From positions 1-5,640 of the IMG/VR virus record IMGVR_UViG_3300045988_000385: DNA of 5,640 nt. The stretch is one strand, 5' to 3'. Under the pieces are notes generated by a model. That model was given only the letters and a program-made list of their open reading frames with translations, searched no databases and was not told the DNA's origin. Each line of letters starts with the position of its first letter. Within the stretch, counting starts at the first letter, position 1. This stretch comes from a virus. Position numbers and translations under genes: made by a program. Below, piece after piece: positions 1 to 4,892 of this stretch.

Positions 1-99
1 AGAGCAATTCACCTCTTTCTAAAATTTATTTTGTATAAATGGTTTTGTAAAATAGCACTTCTGTGCTGTTTAACTGTTTTGAGTTTACTAAAAAAAAAG
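1..99. repeat. Terminal direct repeat, copy 1 (identical to 5542..5640). It is the assembly overlap of a circular 5,541-nt genome.
   Basis: Base-by-base comparison shows 1..99 equals 5542..5640. The repeat cuts through a promoter/SD region rather than bounding anything. Confidence 0.95.
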
Positions 100-110
100 A
101 GGCTTGTCAA
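82..110 (-). promoter_or_regulatory. Candidate sigma70-type promoter overlapping the terminator of the 65-aa gene
   Basis: On the - strand: TTGACA (110..105), a 17-nt spacer (104..88), then TAAACT (87..82). The -35 is 6/6 and the -10 is 4/6 with T1, A2 and T6 kept. Confidence 0.35.
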
Positions 111-119
111 GCCTCTTTT
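95..119 (-). terminator. Rho-independent terminator of the 65-aa gene
   Basis: The - strand reads AAAAGAGGCTT-GAC-AAGCCTCTTTT followed by further T (9 consecutive T, 98..90). The arms are 119..109 and 105..95, and the TGA stop (109..107) sits at the loop. Confidence 0.85.
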
Positions 120-304
120 GTGAATTTTTCCCAGTCGAATGTTTGAATGTCTCCAGTTTTTAGGTCCGTCCATTCAAGCGTTGTGTTGTAATTCCCTTCT
201 GCGTCGATGTAGTCTATTAGTTCGTAGTAGTTTTTGCCGCATTTTGCGCATCCGTAGATTTCGAGTTTTCCTATGGTGTTTTCGTTCAGTCTAGGTTTTC
301 TCAT
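107..304 (-). CDS. Hypothetical 65-aa protein (orphan) with its own promoter and terminator
   Basis: ATG at 304..302 and TGA at 109..107. A consensus promoter lies about 30 nt upstream and a terminator at the stop. The SD is weak (AGG, 9-nt spacer). The protein has one CxxC (CAKC), an acidic C-terminal half, no hydrophobic segment and no family I recognise. Confidence 0.7.
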   Translation of the reverse strand: MRKPRLNENTIGKLEIYGCAKCGKNYYELIDYIDAEGNYNTTLEWTDLKTGDIQTFDWEKFTKEA

Positions 305-332
305 TTTTTATCGCCTGCCTTTCTTTGATTAT

Positions 333-371
333 ATTATATCACATTTTTGGAATTTGTCAAGAGTTTTTTTT
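333..371 (-). promoter_or_regulatory. Near-consensus sigma70 promoter with extended -10 and an upstream A-tract
   Basis: The - strand reads CAAAAAAAACTC-TTGACA(360..355), a 16-nt spacer, then TG-A-TATAAT (TG 341..340, -10 338..333). An A8 tract (371..364) lies just upstream of the -35, like an UP element. The predicted start is near 326, about 22 nt before the ATG at 304. Confidence 0.8.
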
Positions 372-388
372 GAAACTTTTTATTCGAG

Positions 389-454
389 GTCATGCGGTAG
401 GCGCGGTGCGCCGTGCGAAGAGCATGACGTGACTTTCCGGTTTCGCTCGCCGGA
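389..454. other. GC-rich compound hairpin element in an otherwise AT-rich spacer
   Basis: The outer stem is GTCATGC (389..395) with GCATGAC (422..428). It encloses an inner stem GGCGC (400..404) with GCGCC (408..412). A second hairpin pairs TCCGG (436..440) with CCGGA (450..454). Confidence 0.5.
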
Positions 455-499
455 CTGCCTTTAATCACAGTTTTCAACATTTTCAACACTTTCAACAGG

Positions 500-508
500 T
501 TTTCCACA
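500..508 (+). promoter_or_regulatory. DnaA-box match TTTTCCACA
   Basis: It matches the relaxed consensus TTWTNCACA at 9/9 positions. Confidence 0.55.
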
Positions 509-511
509 AAA

Positions 512-537
512 TGTTGCACAAAGGTTTTTGTGCATAT
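512..537. other. Hairpin formed by two inverted DnaA-box-like 9-mers
   Basis: TGCACAAA (515..522) pairs with TTTGTGCA (527..534), with loop GGTT. The arms lie inside TGTTGCACA (512..520, + strand, 8/9) and ATATGCACA (529..537, read on the - strand, 8/9). Confidence 0.6.
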
Positions 538-563
538 TGCTACACTTTCAACATTTCAACAAG

Positions 564-572
564 TTATCCACA
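564..572 (+). promoter_or_regulatory. Perfect consensus DnaA box TTATCCACA
   Basis: It is an exact match to the strict 9-mer consensus and sits inside the second copy of the 23-nt repeat. Confidence 0.6.
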
Positions 573-669
573 AAAGTATCAACATTAAAATTAGCCAAAA
601 AATATCGTTCCAAGGATAAAAATTCATAGTATTCAACATTTCAACACTCCCTATTACTACGACTACAAC

Positions 670-696
670 AAATTAATAATAAAATAATAATAATAT
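670..696. repeat. 27-nt A/T-only tract with (TAA)3-AA-(TAA)3
   Basis: The sequence is AAATTAATAATAAAATAATAATAATAT. TAA occurs at 674, 677, 680, 685, 688 and 691. Confidence 0.9.
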
Positions 697-737
697 CGTG
701 CGCGTGCGTGCGCGATTACGTGCGTGCGCGTGCATGT
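697..737. repeat. Two alternating pyrimidine-purine (CG/TG)n blocks, Z-DNA-prone, containing repeated 11-mers
   Basis: Bases 697..714 are 18 nt of perfect Y-R alternation and 717..737 are 21 nt. GTGCGTGCGCG lies at 704..714 and 720..730. CGTGCGCGTGC lies at 697..707 and 723..733. Confidence 0.85.
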
Positions 738-753
738 CAATATGAAATAAAAT

Positions 754-794
754 ACTCAGCCAAGTAGCTTTACTTGATAGTTACTTGGCTGAGT
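754..794 (-). terminator. Perfect 13-bp hairpin directly after the Rep stop, a candidate terminator or ssDNA structural element
   Basis: ACTCAGCCAAGTA (754..766) pairs with TACTTGGCTGAGT (782..794), with a 15-nt loop. On the - strand it is followed by ATTTTATTTCAT. The loop is long for a classic terminator. Confidence 0.5.
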
Positions 795-806
795 GACACC
801 AAAGTG

Positions 807-1826
807 TTAAAATACACCTTTGGCTTTGCTCATCTTCTTGGACATGGATGCTTCTTTGTCCTTTAGCTGCTCTGCGTATGACTTATCTGTTCCCGCGTTT
901 CTTTCGATTAGGGACGCAATGGCTTTTTCTTGCCGATACTGTTTGATTCTCCACGCTTTTTCAGGGTTCTCCGCTTCCAGTTTTCTCCAGTAGTATTCCG
1001 GTATGGCCGCTCTCTTGCCGTTGGTAAGCTGTATGTATCCCTGCTTCCAGAGTCGTTCTTGATGATCCTGGAACCATTGGTCTCCAAGTCCCGGTTTTCG
1101 GCTCATTGTGCAAAATGGTGGTATTAAACCCATTTTTTGGTAACGCTCTTTGTCGTTGCCGTATAGCTTTTTTGTCACGTACCCTGCAACATAATTATAT
1201 GTTTGTGGTACTGCTTGCGCAATGTCAACTGTACCTTGCCCCCAGATTTTGACCAGCTTATCACTTGTGTAGTGACCGTGTCTTGATAGCTTATGGATTG
1301 GTTTTAAGTCGTCAGGATGCCACCCATATAGTATCATGTGATAGTGTGGTCTTGCCGTGTTGTCTCCGTACTCTCCGGCTAAAAAGTACCTGAGAGGCTC
1401 TTTGACGGCCTTTCTGAGCCTTTTGATGAAGAGTTGGGTATCTTCCACGCTCAGCGTTTGCGTTGTTCTTGGACGCTCTGAGGTGCCTTTCCAGACGTTT
1501 ATTCCACCTTTGTAGATTTCTCCTGTTTCGGTGTCTTGCGTTGGTACATGGTCATCATCGTACGTTAGCGTGATAAACCAGATGCTTTCTTTGCTGTGTG
1601 CGTATGCTTCCAGCTCCATTCGTGTTGCCCAGTCCTTGCGTTTGCGCAGTCTGCACCCGGTACATTGTCCGCATGGTATCAACATTACATCTTTGCGGTA
1701 CATTAAATTTTCGTACGTCATTTTGGTCTTGTGTATCTCGTTAAAAGAGGCGAGTGAGTACACCCGCCCACTCGCCTCTCTGTCATGAGGTACATAAAAC
1801 CGGATTAGCGGTTTATTGCATCCCAT
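807..1826 (-). CDS. VP4: Replication initiation protein (HUH rolling-circle Rep), Microviridae VP4 type, 339 aa
   Basis: ATG at 1826..1824. Motifs are FITLTYDD, the HUH motif RPHYHMILYG, and paired tyrosines YVAGYVTKK (compare the Y-x3-Y active site of phiX174 gpA). The N-terminal cysteine cluster PCGQCTGCRLRK is as in gokushovirus VP4. The start overlaps the VP2 stop (TAATG). Confidence 0.95.
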   Translation of the reverse strand: MGCNKPLIRFYVPHDREASGRVYSLASFNEIHKTKMTYENLMYRKDVMLIPCGQCTGCRLRKRKDWATRMELEAYAHSKESIWFITLTYDDDHVPTQDTETGEIYKGGINVWKGTSERPRTTQTLSVEDTQLFIKRLRKAVKEPLRYFLAGEYGDNTARPHYHMILYGWHPDDLKPIHKLSRHGHYTSDKLVKIWGQGTVDIAQAVPQTYNYVAGYVTKKLYGNDKERYQKMGLIPPFCTMSRKPGLGDQWFQDHQERLWKQGYIQLTNGKRAAIPEYYWRKLEAENPEKAWRIKQYRQEKAIASLIERNAGTDKSYAEQLKDKEASMSKKMSKAKGVF

Positions 1827-2668
1827 TATTTAAGTTTTCCTTTCCAGAACTCTACGTTTTTGCTTCCGATGAAGTCTCTTCCTGGTTTGTATTCGAGTTC
1901 GTTTTTGGTTGGCTTTCTTCCTGCGCCGCCTGTGCCAGTGTTTAGGCTGTTGAGGCTATTAAAGACGTCCTTGAACTCGTTGAACGCTTTGTCTGCGCTT
2001 GTGTGCTGCCAACTTGTCGCGTCTCCGACCGCTTGCGCTGCGTTGTACCAGTTACTTTGGCTTTTGCTCCATGTGTTGTTATGGTTTTGGCTTACGCCTA
2101 GAGCGCTTGCACTTGCTGCACTACTGCTTGCCAGTCCCATACTTGCCCCGCTTATAGTGCCTTGTGCTCCACCCGGTGTACTTGCCCCGCCTTGCTGGTA
2201 TGCCAAAATAGGATTGATTCCCGCTTTTCGCATGTCTTCTACAGCTCTTTGATAAGCTGTGCTACTCATTTGCTCTTGCCATGCTCGATTTTTTGCTGCT
2301 TCTGCGCTGTTATACGCCATTGCTGCATTGTTGCTTATCTGGTTATATACGCCTTGCGTGATTGCTGCCATGGTGTTATAGCCCATCTGTTCGTATACGC
2401 TTCGCCGATTAAATTTCTGCTGGTTTTGCATGTTTGCTTGGATTGCTCCAAGCATACTATTCCAGTCTTGTAGATTTTGCCCTCTGTTTACGCCGCTTTC
2501 GCTGCTGCTTTGGCCTCCGCCTTGGCTATAGCTTTCGTTGTGCTGTTGGCTTCCTCCGCTGCTTTCGGTCATGTTTCCGCCTAGTAGTTTGTTTATCCCC
2601 CAACTTGCTACTGACGGTAGTACTGCCTTTCCGATTCCGAGCAATGCGCTTCCAAGTCCTGCTAGCAT
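1826..2668 (-). CDS. VP2: DNA pilot / minor capsid protein VP2, 280 aa
   Basis: I trimmed the tracked ORF 1826..3115 to the first ATG after the VP1 stop (2668..2666). The N-terminus is hydrophobic ([23 protein letters not shown]) and the middle is Q/N/S/G-rich. [29 protein letters not shown] matches the conserved microvirus VP2 core as I recall it. There is no clear SD next to the ATG. Confidence 0.88.
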   Translation of the reverse strand: MLAGLGSALLGIGKAVLPSVASWGINKLLGGNMTESSGGSQQHNESYSQGGGQSSSESGVNRGQNLQDWNSMLGAIQANMQNQQKFNRRSVYEQMGYNTMAAITQGVYNQISNNAAMAYNSAEAAKNRAWQEQMSSTAYQRAVEDMRKAGINPILAYQQGGASTPGGAQGTISGASMGLASSSAASASALGVSQNHNNTWSKSQSNWYNAAQAVGDATSWQHTSADKAFNEFKDVFNSLNSLNTGTGGAGRKPTKNELEYKPGRDFIGSKNVEFWKGKLK

Positions 2669-2679
2669 AAATAAATAAA

Positions 2680-2698
2680 CCCGGGGTTTTGCCCCGGG
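2680..2698 (-). terminator. GC-rich hairpin between VP1 and VP2, a candidate partial terminator or mRNA-stabilising structure
   Basis: The - strand reads CCCGGGG-CAAAA-CCCCGGG followed by TTTATTTATTT and then the VP2 ATG. The 7-bp stem is entirely G:C. Confidence 0.6.
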
Positions 2699-2715
2699 CT
2701 TTCCCCCTTTCGTTT

Positions 2716-4398
2716 TTAGTGATGGTCTACAAGGCCGGGAATGCTGTACATCGGCATTGGCCGTACACTTGTGTTGTCGATGACGGTATCCATGATAAAC
2801 TGTGGTTCGTTGTCCACTGCCAAGGTTCTCTGAATTTCGGAGTCTCCTTCCTTCATCCATGCCTGACTGAGGCTTGGCACTGTTTTGTAGTTGTCGCCAT
2901 AGTGCCAGCTGTCCAGTGTTCCCGTTGCGTTGCTGCGGAATTTGCCGCTGATTCTGTTCGGCTTCATCCGGTACTCGGCCCAAGCTTCCTGATAGCCGAA
3001 CGCCTGTTCGTCGGATGCCGTGCCGGTCAGATACAATTCCTTTTTCAAAATTGCTTGCTCTCCCAGGTTTGCGAAGACCGGGTAATAGAAATCCAGATTG
3101 GTTTTCCGACTCCACATCCGTTCGAGTCCCTGCTGGTAGGTGTGGTCATGCCTGATGCAGCACACTCCGATAACATAGCCGTGTTCCTCGAAACTCTTTG
3201 TAAACATACTTCCGTTGTACGGCGTAACGCTCACTGCTGCGGTGTTGCCCTGCGGGCTTTCCGTCGTCGTGCCGCTGGTCTGGATGACTTGACTCATGTT
3301 GATGGTGATACGCGTACCGCCCAGATACTCCGGAATCTGTACGGTTTTGTCCGAAATTTTGGTGTGGAAAAGCGAGTAAATCATCTCGCGGTAGCGACTG
3401 CCACCGCGTGCCAGCTCTTCGTAATATTTCTGTACCTGGAAAGCCTGTCTCAGCTGGTTGATGGTCGTGCTGTTTACGCTACTCATGTCCGCGTACAGGT
3501 CCATGCTTGTGTTGTAGTATGTACCGCCTTCTTTACTCCAACCATTGATTGTCAGGGGTGAGCCTTCTCCGTTGATTACGTTTGAGTTTTCTCCGTTGTA
3601 GGTGATGAGGTCGATCGCTTTTGTCTCTTTTTCTTCTCCAGGGTACTTGTATCCGTATATTGGCGCGTTTCCGCTGAGCGGAATTGTTACTGACTCTTTT
3701 GCTCTCTGCGGTGCTGGTAGTGCTGATGTAAAGTAGTCGTGGTACTTGTTGACCGGAAGAGGTCTGCCGCCTTTGTATGCTTGTTGTAAGGTTAGTTCGA
3801 GGTTTTCTTCTTCTAACTGGTCGTCGTATCTTACAGTTGCATCTCCTGTCGTGTTTATTGCTGGATTGTCTAGGTTTTGGTCTCTAAACCACTCATTCCA
3901 AATTTTAACGTATGCTCTGACAGGCAGTGCGTTGATGCTGAATTGGTTTTCTCCACTTTCTGGTTTTTTTATTACCTTTGTGGGTATTCCCATGTAGTCT
4001 AGAATGCTTCCTTCGTATGGAGCCAGTTCTGTTATTGAGTCTTTATCCTTTTTTATGACTAACTGTGGAATATTGTACTCTACTTGCTGTACCCAAGGGT
4101 TATCTGTTACTTCTCCCATAAACTCCTTCCAATGTTCCCAGATAATTCTATTTGGGACAAAGAAGTAATAGATATCCATATAACAGTTGTCCATGACTGG
4201 AAAAATTGGCGTAGTCATTCTCACGATGGCTGCTTGGTCAACGCTGAATGTGTCCCCTGGAAGTACTTCGTCTACATAGAAAGGGATAAGTTTTCCTGCG
4301 TTAAGCGTTAACTTGACGTCCTGCCGCCGTTTGAATCGACTTCGCGTGATGTCCAGGCGCGGTACCTGGTTGAATCCTGCATCTTTGTTTCTGTTCAC
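2716..4398 (-). CDS. VP1: Major capsid protein VP1 (F-like), 560 aa
   Basis: GTG start at 4398..4396, preceded by GGAGG with a 7-nt spacer. The N-terminal signature [33 protein letters not shown] is typical of microvirus major capsid proteins. The length is typical of gokushovirus VP1. The start overlaps the VP3 stop (GTGA). Confidence 0.97.
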   Translation of the reverse strand: MNRNKDAGFNQVPRLDITRSRFKRRQDVKLTLNAGKLIPFYVDEVLPGDTFSVDQAAIVRMTTPIFPVMDNCYMDIYYFFVPNRIIWEHWKEFMGEVTDNPWVQQVEYNIPQLVIKKDKDSITELAPYEGSILDYMGIPTKVIKKPESGENQFSINALPVRAYVKIWNEWFRDQNLDNPAINTTGDATVRYDDQLEEENLELTLQQAYKGGRPLPVNKYHDYFTSALPAPQRAKESVTIPLSGNAPIYGYKYPGEEKETKAIDLITYNGENSNVINGEGSPLTINGWSKEGGTYYNTSMDLYADMSSVNSTTINQLRQAFQVQKYYEELARGGSRYREMIYSLFHTKISDKTVQIPEYLGGTRITINMSQVIQTSGTTTESPQGNTAAVSVTPYNGSMFTKSFEEHGYVIGVCCIRHDHTYQQGLERMWSRKTNLDFYYPVFANLGEQAILKKELYLTGTASDEQAFGYQEAWAEYRMKPNRISGKFRSNATGTLDSWHYGDNYKTVPSLSQAWMKEGDSEIQRTLAVDNEPQFIMDTVIDNTSVRPMPMYSIPGLVDHH

Positions 4399-4892
4399 TC
4401 TTTAGCCTCCGCTGTTTCTGCTGTCTTTGTTGCTTCGGGTTCTGCTTTTTTTTCTTGGTAAATACCCAGATTTTTTGCCCATTCGACTGTGCCAAACGAT
4501 GCAATGAATTTGTCCACGTCGTTGTCAAACTTGAGCTTGATGTCTTTCGGCACCTCGTCCCAGATTTGCTCTGCTCTCATCATGATGTTCTGGAGTTCGG
4601 CCAGATTCTGCGGTGCTTCGGTAAAGTCTTGGATGCCGCCCCCGATGTCCGGTTTGATACGTGCTGCAATGTCCGGGTCGATGCTTGCCCGCCGGATGAT
4701 GTTTTCCAGCTTGGTTTCTTCGAGATAGCTGTCTATCTCGGCCTGCTGGTCGATGGTCTGGTCGAGTCTTAGCACTTTTTCGCCTTTTTCGTTGCGTTCC
4801 CAGAGGTACGTGCGCCTTACGTTTTCCCCGGCTTCGGTCGGTTTTGCTGTCGCGGTTTCCCGCCAGTTACTTACAGAGCGAAACGCCATCAA
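4395..4892 (-). CDS. VP3: Internal scaffolding protein VP3, 164-165 aa
   Basis: The start is TTG (4892..4890, 7 nt after AAGGAG) or the adjacent ATG (4889..4887, 10 nt after it). DFTEAPQNLAELQNIMMRAEQIWDEVPKDIKLKFDNDVDKFI resembles the conserved VP3 core. It sits immediately upstream of VP1. Confidence 0.85.
   Translation of the reverse strand: MMAFRSVSNWRETATAKPTEAGENVRRTYLWERNEKGEKVLRLDQTIDQQAEIDSYLEETKLENIIRRASIDPDIAARIKPDIGGGIQDFTEAPQNLAELQNIMMRAEQIWDEVPKDIKLKFDNDVDKFIASFGTVEWAKNLGIYQEKKAEPEATKTAETAEAKE

Larger units (their letters stand above)
471..646 (+). repeat. Three clusters of tandem TTCAACA heptamers (iteron-like) that read as degenerate DnaA-box 9-mers
   Basis: TTCAACA occurs at 473, 482, 491, 547, 555, 632 and 640, all in one orientation with 8-9-nt spacing inside clusters. 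The exact 15-mer TTCAACATTTCAACA occurs at 547..561 and 632..646. A 23-nt imperfect direct repeat, TTTCAACA-R-GTT-W-TCCACAAAA, lies at 490..512 and 554..576 (20/23). Confidence 0.9.

Noticed and set aside
1-99. The terminal repeat as a biological LTR/DTR or a duplicated regulatory region
   Set aside because: The repeat is exact and lies at the extreme ends of the window. It cuts a promoter/SD/ORF unit arbitrarily, and the genome is of a circular ssDNA family. This is the signature of a circular contig assembled with overlap.
405-411. GGTGCGC, identical to the first 7 nt of the XerC arm of E. coli dif; some gokushoviruses are reported to integrate at dif
   Set aside because: The match stops after 7 nt. 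There is no TGTATA-like central region or TTATGTTAAAT-like XerD arm downstream, and I found no other dif-like 28-mer by eye.
389-454. Possible tRNA or tRNA-like gene in the GC-rich island
   Set aside because: There is no acceptor stem, no T-loop (GTTCRANYC) and no cloverleaf arrangement. The second hairpin has a 9-nt loop rather than a 7-nt loop.
273-464. A 63-aa + strand ORF overlapping the start of the 65-aa gene
   Set aside because: It is on the wrong strand for a microvirus transcript, it spans the promoter in antisense, and it has no SD.
334-519. A 61-aa - strand ORF running across the iteron/DnaA-box array and GC hairpins
   Set aside because: The GTG start lies inside the hairpin stem and has no SD. 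The LLKVLKMLK stretch is just the translated heptamer repeat, and the ORF ends inside the -10 of the consensus promoter. The region is better explained as non-coding.
651-660. CTATTACTAC, containing the TATTAC core of the CRESS/geminivirus nonanucleotide nick site
   Set aside because: It does not fit NANTATTAC (position 2 is C). It is not in a hairpin loop, it is on the non-viral strand, and microvirus Reps are not known to use that site.
735-740. Another TTGACA on the coding strand, just downstream of the Rep hairpin
   Set aside because: The sequence 16-18 nt downstream is pure GC alternation (AATCGC at best), so there is no -10 element.
2669-3115. A 149-codon upstream extension of the VP2 frame (tracked ORF 1826..3115), overlapping the 3' end of VP1 in another frame
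   Set aside because: The extension starts at a GTG with no SD. It reads straight through the VP1 stop and the GC hairpin and is an arginine/glycine/glutamine-rich sequence with no recognisable features. The conserved VP2-like hydrophobic N-terminus begins exactly at the ATG at 2668, after the VP1 stop. The open frame is most simply a chance absence of stops.
2689-3561. A 290-aa ORF on the + strand, antisense to VP1
   Set aside because: It lies antisense to a confidently assigned gene in a phage that transcribes one strand. The translation is rich in C, V, F and H with no motifs, and there is no SD. This looks like a typical shadow ORF.
4301-4528. A 75-aa extremely basic K/Q/R-rich - strand ORF overprinting the VP3/VP1 junction
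   Set aside because: The composition follows from reading the A/G-rich, low-complexity VP3 C-terminal coding sequence in another frame. There is no SD and no hydrophobic segment that would suggest an E-like lysis protein. It is kept only as a very weak overprinting possibility.
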